Below, in pieces: positions 25,420 through 37,100 of a stretch of 64,000 bases of DNA (positions within the stretch are counted from its first letter, which is position 1; every line of letters starts with the position of its first letter). Both the position numbers and the translations under genes were made by a program. Under the pieces are notes generated by a model. It made no database searches and was not told the DNA's origin. It saw nothing but the letters and a program-made list of their open reading frames with translations. The DNA comes from Glaucostegus cemiculus (Eukaryota). Where the stretch lies: contig CDPCPM010000076.1 in assembly GCA_976551045.1 (NCBI GenBank), forward strand, positions 26,784,001 through 26,848,000. Direction: 5' to 3'.

Positions 25420-26350
25420 GACATTGGTGATAGACAGCAGTCATTTTCCAACATCTAGCCCAAGCTAACTAGCCAAAGTCTTTTTACTTTTCTTTATTCA
25501 TTTGGGTTGAATAATGTAGTTTTACTTGTTACTTTCCAATCTTGGGATCTTTCCAATGTCAAGATGATTTTGTAAGATTGTGATTAGTGTGTCAATACCT
25601 CAGCAACAACCTCTTTTAGAACATTAGAATGCGACCCAGCATGGGGATTTGACAACTTTTCGTCCCCTTAATTTCTCCAGTACTTTCTCTTATCTTTATT
25701 GCTAAGTTCTTCACTGTCTAACATTATTGATGGTACATTTATTGTGTCTTCTAGAGTAAGAGAAGATACAAAATATTTGCTGAATGCCTTAGCCATTGTC
25801 TTTTCAAAGAATGCCTTGTCCCTTCTCCCATTATAATTCCTCCTGGCTTCAGTTTTGCTATTCTCTTCCTCAACGTAGATGTAGAAAATCTGATTTGTTT
25901 TTCTTTCCTGGCTAATTTATTCTCATATTCCATACTTATTATTCTTTATGATATGTTCATGTATTGCACATTTCTGTTCTTCCAATATTTTTTGTGGAAC
26001 ATTGTAATCCTTTTCATTAAATCTAATACTACCTCTAATCCCATTATGGAGCCAAAGATGGATCACAGTTCCCATGGAGTTTTTTTATTTCTCAAAGCAA
26101 CATGCAGTTGTTGAGAATTATGAAAATATTTCTTCATATGCTTAGTTGTCCACTGGAAAATCCTTTGTTATACTTTCTCAGTATATTCTTGGGAAACCTA
26201 CCTCTCACACCCTTGTAATTGCCTTAATTTAAATTTGAGGCTTTAGGTTCTATTTGAATTGTGTACATCTTGAGTCAAACATAAATTTCTATTTTATTAT
26301 GGTTACCTTTCTCTGGAGGGTCCCTAATGATGAGGTTTCTAACTAATCTC
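25420..26350 (-). mobile_element. Highly decayed CR1-like LINE internal fragment
   Basis: Minus-strand remnant MEYENKLARK.. (cf. CR1 YE.KLA..IK). Many stops; boundaries approximate. Confidence 0.45.
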
Positions 26351-27829
26351 TACCCCTGTCATCCACCAATGTATGATAATGAATACATAGAATAGCAGAC
26401 CCCCTAATGTACCATCATTTGCACATTGTATTCCTTCTGTTACTAATCATTTCAGCGTCCACTTCAGCATGAATCATTGAAGGCAGATCCAGGCTAATCA
26501 ATATGTCAATTACTTTTACACATCCAACAAATACCAGAACAATCGATTCATTGATTAATCATCATGGTGCATCTCCTTGGTGCCGATCTATCACATTACT
26601 TTGCTTGCCCTACATACTTCTAAGCAGTTCTCCTCAGTGACTGTAGTCAAGTTGGCAGACAAAACATTAAGTCTGTGAGATGTGCCTGCCATGGCTGGCA
26701 TTGTGTGTAAGATGGGACATGTGCATTATGTTTGTAGTAGTAGGAAGAATTTGACTATGTTTTAGGGCTCTGAACATCATATGGGTTTGTTAGTTGATGG
26801 AGTAACATTGTGTGTTTGCTGGTCAGAGAAGTTTCTGACCTTGACCATTTATGAAAGATCATTAAGTTTCTTTCTCCACTGGACCTCATCCTGGAGAAGT
26901 TATTGAATGCAGTAACTTCTCTGACCACCTTTTTGCGACCTTCTTAATTAACATGGAGGGTTGCCTGGGTCCAAGTGTGCAGGATATCTCCCCAAGTGTC
27001 CACTTGTTCCAGTATTTTAAAGTCAGTGTGGAAGAAGCTAGTGCCAGCTCCTTTCTACACATCGTCTCCCAATAATTTCCAGCAGTGGATGGGGTTGATG
27101 ATGGCTTCCCCTTTAAGAGATGCAGGCATGACATGAGTTAGCCTTCAGGTTAGCCTTGACTAGTCCAATGAACTCCTGAAACTACTTGATGTTGGTGTGC
27201 ACTGATGGTGAAAAGAACATGATTGACACCTCTCAGTATTTTAATCTTTGAACCAGGTGTACACATAAAAATCCTCCAGGGATGGCAGTGGAACAGACTG
27301 TTGCTGATGCTCCCCATACAGTCTGATTTCAGTGTATGTTTTTTATGCATGATTGCATTTCCAGGCGATAATTTTACATTACTGCCTAGACTCCACACAA
27401 TGTTTCAACTGTGGGATAACCTGTGTTTCATGCAAATGTATTATTACTTCTTTATTGCTGTGCTTTACGCCCCCAATTAATAAAACTGAAATTTTAATGG
27501 ACTTTTTATAACATCATCTGCAGAAGTAAATTGCACTGAGCATATTTCAGTGTTTGGTTCTCACAGACAAGCAGTAGGGCTTTTGGTTAATTTCCAGTCA
27601 TTAGGAAGATTTAAGGCCTACCATTTGAACTTTTAGATATAAATGATGTTAATCTAATACAGTATATTAAAAGAACAGTTCCAAATGGTTTGGCTCTTTG
27701 CATATAATGGTTTATCTATGGGCAATTTTACTTGGCTGTTCAATCAAAATAGTCAAAATCAGATGTTTCTCAAGGATAAGCAAGTAATATCAGGTGCATT
27801 ATTGATACAAAGACAAAAGAGAATACAGT

Positions 27830-28015
27830 TGATGGAATCTGGATCACAAAAAAAGAACGATGGAAGAACCCAGTAGGTCAAGCGGTATCTGAGGAGACAA
27901 AAGGTGTAAGTCGATGTTTCGCATCAAGACCCAACATCAGGATCTCAACCCGAAATGTCACATTACTCTTACTGCCTCCACAGATGCTGCTTGACCCACT
28001 GGGTTCTTCCAGCAT
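27830..28015. mobile_element. Penelope-derived fold-back element centred on a hammerhead-like motif
   Basis: tggaagaacccagtaggtcaagcggtatctgaggag... pairs with ...ctccacagatgctgcttgacccactgggttcttcca; the turn is near 27935-27940. Confidence 0.75.
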
Positions 28016-28104
28016 CCTGTTTCAGGTTTATTATGCCTGCATTAATAGAAACACCTTCACAATCAAATATACATCACGTTGTAGTGATTAAAAATTAAAA
28101 AAAA

Positions 28105-28835
28105 AACACTGCAGGTTCCGGAAATCTGAAATGAAAGCAGAAGATACTGGAAATGCCCAGCAGGTCAGGCAGTATCTGTAGTATAAACTAAACAAACTTA
28201 ACGTTTCAGGTCTGAGAACCTTTGTCATAATTGAGAAGGAGAGAACGCAAGTAGTCTCCGCCGCATTGGAGAAATCAAATGTAGATTGGGTGATTGTTTT
28301 CCAGAGCACCTGTGTTTAGTCTTCAGGACTGACCCTGAGCTTATGGATACCTGTACTTCAATTCTCCATCCTACTCCCACTCTTTGCACTGTTACAATGA
28401 GGTCCAACACAAGATTATAGAACAACACCCCATCTTATTCCACAGATGTTGCAGTCTCTATATCAAATTCTCCGACTTCAGATAACTCGGTCCTTCCTTC
28501 TGTCTGTATCAGAACTGGCCATTTCTGCCCATCATCCATCTATTTTTTTTTGGCTCAGTTTTTCACTCTCCATTAGTATAGTCTGGCTTGTTATTAGCAA
28601 CACGTTGTAGACATAGAAGCATGGTCTGCTTCTGTCTGTCACATAAACATTCAGTTTCACCCTATCACAGATACTTCCTTTGTTCCACCCAGCCTTCCCC
28701 CACCTTTTCTGCTGCTGAAAATTCACTTGTTTTCTCTCTTTCCCAATCTTGCACTTGTAACGTCAACTCTGTTACTCTTTCCACAGATGCTGCCTGACCT
28801 GCTGACTTTTTGTGGCATTTTGTTTTTACTTCATG
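28105..28835 (+). mobile_element. Truncated Penelope-like element: inverted 5' pLTR, GIY-YIG endonuclease C-terminal remnant, 3' pLTR
   Basis: 28265-28485 translates (one frameshift) IGEIKCRLGDCFPEHLCLV..DPEL / YFNSPSYSHS LHCYNEVQHKIIEQHPILF...IKFSDFR*, matching the PLE GIY-YIG pattern YIGETKRRLGDRF.EHL...HFNS.SHS...EEQHLIF. The termini are mutually inverted (cagcaggtcaggcagtatctgt vs acagatgctgcctgacctgctg). Confidence 0.8.
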
Positions 28836-29249
28836 GTAACAATTCAATGGGAAAAGTTAACAGCAAATCTATATCAGCAGCATTCCATAATCAGTGATAG
28901 GATGAACCAGCTAATAGAAGACTTGTTTTAGGAAGGCCTAATTGTAGGAAATTCTCTATAGCTTCAAGGTATCTATTTGCAGCTCCTAAACCATTGAAGA
29001 ATGATCTTGTCTCCACTGGTTGAGCTCCAAATGCATTGAGAGTTAATTTGGTGTGCTGTGGGCTTCAAGCTCTGGCAAAGAATACTGGATTAACAACTGA
29101 GACATTGAAGCAATGCTCTACCGCAATGTTCATACAGGAATATAATGATCCAATCATGTTTTACTTCACACATGTGTAGAGAATTATACACATCTGGTAA
29201 CAAATAATATCTGGTGTCACCAATCATTGTTTTGTTAAATTGATCTCAG

Positions 29250-29462
29250 GAACATTTCATGGAAGTGATTAAGAATCAAGAGTTCCTTCTGCTCCCTGCC
29301 AGTGAGATCGAGAAGCTCCTTGCTAGTGATGACATTAACGTTCCTGATGAGGAGACCATATTCCAAGCTCTGATGATGTGGGTGAAGCACGAGATACAGA
29401 AGAGGCAGCAGGATCTTGCAATGCTCTTGTCTTACATCAGATTACCATTACTCTCCCCTCAG
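29250..29462 (+). CDS. KLHL4: KLHL4 exon (BACK domain)
   Basis: gatctcag|GAA CAT TTC ATG... encodes [71 protein letters not shown]; donor CAG|gtaaag; 213 nt, phase 0-0. Confidence 0.96.
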
Positions 29463-29762
29463 GTAAAGGAAAACACGAAATGGGCCCAAAAGACTTGTCC
29501 CATTCAGGATTTAGTAAGCGTTTGGCACTGCATTCATTTAATATTAACCTTTATTCAATACATCACTAATATTCTAATGAATATTCCCAACCTTCAATTC
29601 CCTCTATTGATTCAATGGTAAAGGATCTGTTCTTGTTACCAGACTCAGTTTTAACATAATGACAGGATCTAGAGGCACAAGTAGGCAAGCTCTTAATTAC
29701 TTTCCTTATGAATCAAAGAACAGCAGTTCTCCTCTGAGACTTGCAAGGCAAACTGTCCCCAG

Positions 29763-29845
29763 AACACTCGACGCAAAAAGATGCATTTTACTGTGTGTTT
29801 TGATGTACATGTGACGAATAAAGATATCTTTTATCTTATCTTATC
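29763..29845 (+). mobile_element. 3' tail of a non-LTR element/SINE with (ATCTT)n end
   Basis: cactcgacgcaaaaagatgcattttactgtgtgttttgatgtacatgtgacgaataaagatatcttttatcttatcttatc; the reverse homologue lies at ~55345-55405. Confidence 0.65.
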
Positions 29846-30289
29846 ATACAGTCTTGCCCACTATTCCTACTATTTTAAATCCCCACAAGATGGCAATATA
29901 GCAAGTCCTATTGCCCATTCAAGTTGTCCCCAACAACTTTATTTCCCAATGACTTCTGAGGTGGGAGATGAAAATCAAATGAGGCCTGGGATTTAAAATC
30001 ACTTAGGTCTAATTTCAGAGTTGTGGTTGAATTTCTGTCTGAGTTATACTCTCAGATTCTGCAAAAATTAAAATCAGGCCCCCAGGCTTAATCACATAGA
30101 CTTAATTGCTAATTGCCAAGTCTAATATGAACACATCTAAAGAGATTTAATCATTTTAATTATTACCACAATAATATTTGCAATCTATTAGATTGTTCAA
30201 GTAGAAAAATCTGAGGGAATTATGCATTTTCTGAAATACTGTAACATGTTTTATGATATATAGTGACTGATGAATTCTACTTATTGTAG

Positions 30290-30476
30290 CTGTTAGCCGA
30301 TTTGGAAAATAATCCAATGTTTGCGGATGACTTGGAATGCCAAAAACTCCTTATGGAAGCTATGAGGTATCATCTATTGCCAGAGCGACGACCCATGATG
30401 CAAAGTCCCAGAACCAAACCTAGAAAATCTACAGTTGGAGCACTTTATGCAGTAGGAGGAATGGATGCTAACAAGG
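30290..30476 (+). CDS. KLHL4: KLHL4 exon (BACK-Kelch linker, start of Kelch 1)
   Basis: ttattgtag|CTG TTA GCC... encodes [62 protein letters not shown](G); donor G|gtaaag; 187 nt, phase 0-1. Confidence 0.96.
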
Positions 30477-31240
30477 GTAAAGATAAAAAGGAAATTGAAA
30501 CTTGCATGGAAGATAATGTTGCTAATGTGTAAATAGTTATAACTTCCTTGCAATTTTATTAGTGACTGCCCTGCATTTGACATTGAAACTCTTTTCTTTG
30601 TGTGATAATTTTAAATTATTGCTTGGCCATTTAGAAGTAAGAGTATTTCTTCAAGGAGTAGTAGGCGAAAATTTCTATCTTTTTTCTTCTTAGATGTTCT
30701 TATGTCTTCTTTCCATCCCTTTCTGTAGTTTCATGGACATTCCTCTGCTTAGAGGATGTAATGAGAGTGCCAAATTTGAGTAAAATTATTGGTCAGCCTT
30801 CCATAAGGACCTTAACTTTGACCTGAGACTTGTGTTCTCGTCCTACAATTATTGTGATCAAACTCTTGGCTGCCATTCCATGGCTCCACAATTGGCCACA
30901 GTTCAAATCAGAACCTCCACTCCACAGAGATTATCAAGTAGAAAGCCATGATCAGTGAGTTGAGTTTGCAGAAAGGTATTTTGGTCCACATTGGTCTAAT
31001 ATATCAGTCCTACCTCTCAATTGCCCTTCATTTATCCATAAACACATTCCTGATCTGAGTTACTACTTAATTCAATTAAGTTGTTTATTGCAATAGTTAA
31101 GGCAAGAGGCCAGCAGCTCACAATATTTCTTGTTAAGAGTTAGGACTTAATAATTTAACTGAATTCATACTTTTTGGTTTATAATTCTGCAATCAATATT
31201 TGTTGTCACTTCTCAGATATACAATTAACTATTTCGATAG

Positions 31241-31465
31241 GTGCCACAACAGTGGAAAAATATGACCTCAGGACAAATACCTGGATACAAGTAGGCACAA
31301 TGAATGGGAGACGTCTGCAGTTCGGTGTGGCAGTAATTGACAATAAGCTGTATGTCGTTGGTGGGAGAGATGGATTAAAGACATCCAACACTGTTGAATG
31401 TTACAATCCAATAGCCAAAGTCTGGTCAATAATGCCGCCAATGTCCACTCATAGACATGGACTAG
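31241..31465 (+). CDS. KLHL4: KLHL4 exon (Kelch 1-2)
   Basis: tttcgatag|GT GCC ACA... encodes [74 protein letters not shown](G); donor G|gtaaga; 225 nt, phase 1-1. Confidence 0.96.
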
Positions 31466-33001
31466 GTAAGAAATAATTATTTTTAAATGATTTACAAACA
31501 CTGAAAATTACTAACTAATCTCTTTTGATGAAGCGTACACAACATTGCACACTTTTGTGCGTTACTTATGGTACGTAACTTAGCAAAGCATAGCAGATTT
31601 ACATGTGACACAAAGAACTGCTATCAGAACGTTATTATTGGAATCCTCTGATATAGGTAGGGCATGTACCATTTACACAATGGTTGTTTCCACCAAATAT
31701 GCTCTTGCAATAGGCACATGGTGCTTTCTACTAAACTCTACTCAATGGTCCAGTCTTAACTATGACTTTTGAATAATGCAATAACAACCTGTATACATGA
31801 TCCCTGCATTACGGGGGGTTGCATTCCCAGAAAACAGTCCATGTCGTGATTTCCCAAATGCAAAGCTGCATCATCTGCGCATGTGTCAATTTTTCTTGCA
31901 TTTCACACTGGATGTGTTTCATGGGCAAAATGGTTTTATTTTAAAGATGTTACTCTGCTCTCTCAGTCACTTGAACCCTTCCTAATGCAACCTGGATTTT
32001 GCAGTTAAAATATTGATGAGATTGATGACACTCACCTTTAGTAAAATGTAGATTGGGCTCAAGCTTTTAGATAGATGTATAGTAAATATAGCATTATGTC
32101 TTATTTCTTATGTTCCCCAGTTTCTTGAGAAGCTTTGTATAAAAGTATCTCAATGCATACAATGGATTAAAGTTGCTCTTGTTACACTCTAGGTATAAAG
32201 TAAGAATTAGAGCTTATCTATTCTTTTGGAATTGCAATTTTAATGGCTTGACAAGTGTTAATTACTGCCTAACAATCTCTCTTCATCATTGAAAATTAAC
32301 TGTATGAGATGTGGAGTTTAAATTTAACATTTAATAAAGTGAAGAAGGTAGATACTTCTCTTACAGTTTTTTGATCACATTAAAAAATCCATGTTGTTGT
32401 ATTTCTAAATCTGATTTGACATGGTATTTTATCATATCTTATTATTAACCAGGATACTTATGAATTATGCCATTACACTGATAAACTGCAAAGAGCTACT
32501 TAACAAAAATAAGCTCTCAGCGGGATGTATTTTAAAAATCACAATCCCAGTGCAGTGCTCCCGAGACAGGGAATGAATATTGAGAATTCAGATAGGGAGA
32601 TCAGTAGGTACAAAAAGATTGTTGAATGCACATAGGTTCCTAGTTAGATATTCCCAATATATCAAGCTCCATGCTAGGAGCATGATTCTATAAAATGTAC
32701 ATATTTAATTTGCAGTACCCAAAAAGAAATATTCTACAGAACTTATTACCTTCTTGATGATGCTGTTTATAGATAAATTTGGTGAAATCAAATATTAGAG
32801 TTATACTTCATGTCAGAACAACTTTAGGAAAGGGAAGTGACTTGTGGGACAATAGTTAAATGTCTTATTGAAGAACCTTATTTTGTATGTTCTCTTGGTG
32901 CTATTCACCACCAAGTGCATACAAATATGTTTGTATCTAAATGTCCTTGAAGGGCAAATTTGTTGTTGTGTTGTTAGGAAAGGTTCTACTACAAGACTCT
33001 T

Positions 33002-33145
33002 ACACACACACACACANNNNNNNNNNNNNNNNNNNNNNNNNNNNNNNNNNNNNNNNNNNNNNNNNNNNNNNNNNNNNNNNNNNNNNNNNNNNNNNNNNNN
33101 NNNNNNNNNNNNNNNNNNNNNNNNNNNNNNNNNNNNNNNNNNNNN
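33002..33145. other. (CA)n microsatellite running into an assembly gap (129 N, 33017-33145)
   Basis: acacacacacacaca directly followed by the N run. Confidence 0.98.
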
Positions 33146-34239
33146 ATAAAGTGCAGCAGAATTAGAGAACACATCTTACCTTACTGTTTCTGTGTGTTGG
33201 TTTACCCTTCACTAACATATCAGAGAACTATGACAATTACCTAAAGCCTGATTGAAAGCAAACCCTGGACCACCAAGGTCATTCACTCATTTGATTGGCT
33301 CAATACCACATGGCATGACATGTTCATCTAGTCAGGTAATGGGAACCTCTACTTATTGTGCGGTTTAAGCTTATTGGAAATAAACTGGCAAATGAATTGT
33401 AAAGAAGCCAGCTACACAGTTGATTCCTTCGTGATGCCTAATGTCAATTAAATATGTTATTAAGGCAAGATATATTTGAAAAATTTATGTTTATAAATAA
33501 AAATAAGAAGTAAAAAATCAAATCTACAGAATCAAGACTATTACCTTCAAAAAGTATTTTGTATCTGTATATCTGTAGACATATTAGTTGGTGATCAATT
33601 TATCAACATAAAACATACTTGAATTTCTAAAGCTGGGATATACTTTGAACTAGTTAATGAAATGTCTCAATTTATAAGTATAATTGAATATTCTTTGATT
33701 TACTTGGTCTCAAAGAAACCTCATGGAATCAAGACCAAGTCGCTAAAACTAGACAGAGTGCGATGAATCTTTCATGGATTCATTGTTCTAGTCTTTTTGC
33801 CGAAAATGTACATAAAAGTTTAAAAACTAGAACAGAGCAGCAGAAGTGAAATATTTGTTACAAACACAATTTAGGCCAGTATCTGCAAATCATGCAGGTG
33901 AAATGTTGCATGTGACCTAGACACATATCAAGTATTAGAAGAATTAAACTGATCCTTATTGGTAGAGCTGTTCAAGCCAATCATGTTCTATATCTTCCTG
34001 ATTTTTCTCTTCAATTTAAATCAAGTTGATGTGCTGTACTGCTTGTTGCCAATTGCTTGTCACCAATTCATTATGATTAATTTTGTGGTACTTTCAAAGA
34101 TCAGTTTCATCACATAAGTCATCAGCATCCCTATATAACTTAAGCTTATAGAGATACACATCAGTAAATGATGAACAAAATACAGCAGATTGCCATGGTC
34201 AACATTGCTAATGCTCTGACTAATTTATATCAGTGAAAA

Positions 34240-34420
34240 TGAAGAGAGAAACAGAGCAAATGTTTTAGTATGTGATCTTTTGAGTTAATGTTTAAGGTCA
34301 ATGGCACTTCTTCAGAAATTTCTGATGAAAAGTTATTAACCTAAAACATTAACTCTGTTTTTCTTTGCAGGTGCTACCTGACCTGTTGAGTTTTTCATGC
34401 ACTTTTTGTTCCATTTTAGG
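34240..34420. mobile_element. Penelope-derived fold-back, head-to-head hammerhead-like remnants
   Basis: gagttaatgtttaaggtcaatggcacttcttcagaaa|tttctgatgaaaagttattaacctaaaacattaactc (34282-34355) is a quasi-palindrome, followed by pLTR sequence gctacctgacctgttgagttt. Confidence 0.65.
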
Positions 34421-34684
34421 AGCTTGGCATTCATTGACTTTTATTTGCATTATCAATAATGGGTTGTCATTTGCAAATGGGCTGTTGTATTGTACACTAT
34501 TTTGCATACAAACCAGAGGTCTGGCATTTAAGTTATTCTTAAGAACTGAAATAGGTAAATGCTTAGTTTCAAGTTTTACTTTGTTATCTGCCTTGTGTTT
34601 TGGAGATTGATAGACCATGATTTAAAACAATACAGATGTGATCTAACACAAAAGGGAATGTTTAGTTCAACTCAGACTTAAAAC

Positions 34685-34855
34685 AAAGTATGAAAATACC
34701 TGTATTTTTGTAAACCCATTCATGGCCTCAAGATTTCCCAAAGCAAGGTAAATTTTGGAAGCCCATTCATTATCATAATGGGGGAAGTACACAGTCAATT
34801 TAGAACAACATCCCTCAAACAACAATGAGATAATGACCAGATCATCCATTTTATT
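34685..34855 (-). mobile_element. Degenerate DeuSINE/SacSINE-like 3' portion
   Basis: aacaacatccctcaaacaacaatgagataatgaccagatcatcc resembles, from recall, the reverse of the Deu-SINE 3' region. Confidence 0.4.
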
Positions 34856-35729
34856 GTAAAATAATTTATCTTCGAGGGATGTAACAAAAGAGAGGCAATG
34901 TCAAGTAGAGAAGACAGCTTATAACACATAAATAATGTAGCTTTTGCTAAAAGATCAATAATTTATAACCATTGATGCAAAAAAGCTTCCCATGACTGAT
35001 GGCTCTAATAGACTGATGGAATGGCAGCACTCAGAATCACAAGGGAAATACTGTCATCATTTTTTTTGCTTTAACATATCAAGCAATTAGTACAATTGTC
35101 TGATATTTCCATTATTCCATCAAATAACATTGAGTGATTTATTTTACTATCTGGATTTCCCTATCAGAATAATGTTCACATTGTCACGACATGTTGGTGT
35201 TGTTATTCTTTCCAGCCACATTGCTGAAGCAGTGTATAGCTGTACTCCACAAAGTGCTGTTTCCCCCACTATAATGATAATCATGCATGGTTAAGTATTA
35301 CCATGGCGATACCTTTCCCAAATGTAGACTATCAATGAACACTTATGTCTTGACTTTCCTACTGGTGTTAAATTGATATTGGTGATTGTTCAAATAAGAT
35401 GAATTGGTCATTGTAAGTATGACATAACAATTATTAAGAACTACCTTTCCCATCAAGTCTCATCCATGAAGGTAGAAATTCAAGTTAAGGGACTTTTGAG
35501 TGTCCAGCACTGTTGTAACTGGAATAAACCATTAGTGTACAACCTTGTTTGTGGGGAGAGCAAGATTTACAATCCAAACTGCTTCTGAGGGCCGTTCATG
35601 AGAAACACATCTTACCTGAATCAAATATAAATGGATGTCGATATTTTTATTCATGTTTAAAGACACTAATGCCATAGTTCACATTGCTCCACTCACCTCC
35701 TCCCTGTTGTGCTGGTTCTTGCTGCACTA

Positions 35730-36095
35730 CATAAGAACATAAGAAATAGGAGCAGGAGTAGACTATCCGACCCATTGAGCCTGCTCCTCCATTCAATAAG
35801 ATCATGGCTGATTTGGCCGTGGACTCCTACCTGCCTTTTCCCTATAACCCTATAATAATATATTTAATGAGGTAGCCTCTACTGCTTCCCTGGGCAGAGA
35901 ATTCCTCAGATTCACTACTCTCTGAGAAAAGCAGATTCTCCTCATCTCCATCCTAAATCTATTCCCCTGAATCTTGAGGCTATGTCCTCTAGTTCTAGTC
36001 TCACCCACCAGTGAAAACAACCTTCCTGCTGCTATCTTATTTATCCCTTTTATAATTGTATATGTTTCTGTAAGATCCTCTCTTGTTCTTCTGAA
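35730..36095 (-). mobile_element. CR1 LINE 3' end with (TTCTTATG)n tail
   Basis: acataagaacataagaaataggagcaggagtagactatccgacccattgagcctgctcctccattcaataagatcatggctgat... is the reverse of a typical CR1 3' terminus. Confidence 0.85.
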
Positions 36096-36937
36096 TATTG
36101 CTCCCTCAGCATATTTGCTCCTTCAGCACATTTCCAGTGGTCCTTTACATCTTGCCAACTACATCAACACTGCATAAGACAGAAACTACTTAACATTTGT
36201 GAGATACAAAAAGAATTACCAGGGTAGGTTGATGAACTTCCATCAGAACTGTGTGATAGAGCTGTACCCACTGATATTGTGCAATGGTGTTTGGAGCTTG
36301 ATATCAACTTGGAAGATAAGACTGGACCCAGAAAGGTCCAAGGACCTTGCACTGAGTGGGCAACTGAGAGGAGTCACCTCTCCCATCCAGCCTACAGCCT
36401 GATGACACTAAAGGCTGCTGCTTTTAAAGCAGTTGGAGCTGTCCTAAGACACCTGGCCCACAGCCTCTGTTGGCTTTATAGGAAAGCAGGCATCCCATAT
36501 CAATGGCAATTCCACTCTCACAATTGCTGGCAGAGCCATGGACTAGGCAGCAAGATGATGAATGGCCAGTCAGGCCAGAAGTTGCAGAGGCATCAAGCGT
36601 GGTTGGGCCAAAATGGTTCAGCCCATAGACTGCATGCTGTATGTTGTGCACACACAATTTAATGCAAAAGGGAGAAAATTAATTAAGTTCAACAAATCAG
36701 AGCGCTCTCACTCTTAATATAATTCAGTTGTATCTGTGTATATCGCATAAAGATTGATTTCATTTAGACATTAACATTTTGTCCTTTGTGATTCCTATTA
36801 CAGAATGTTGTGTTTATTTGGGAAAGTTTCTTCATGCTGTATTTTTTAAAGCTGGATTTATTTAGTACTTAACTGCCACCATATTAAATATTAGATGTTC
36901 TCAACTTCAAACTTGTATATGGACAATTTTATTTCAG

Positions 36938-37100
36938 GAGTGGCAGTACTTGAAGGACCAATGTATGCAGTTGGAGGACATGATGGGTGGAGTTACTTGA
37001 ACACAGTGGAGAGATGGGATCCACAAGCCCGTCAGTGGAACTACGTTGCCAGCATGTCAACTCCAAGAAGCACTGTCGGAGTTGCAGCATTAAACGGCAA
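36938..37100 (+). CDS. KLHL4: KLHL4 exon (Kelch 3)
   Basis: ttttatttcag|GA GTG GCA... encodes [53 protein letters not shown](K); donor AA|gtaagt; 163 nt, phase 1-2. Confidence 0.97.

Noticed and set aside
32813-33174. Four ORFs spanning poly-X
   Set aside because: Artefacts of the 129-N assembly gap.
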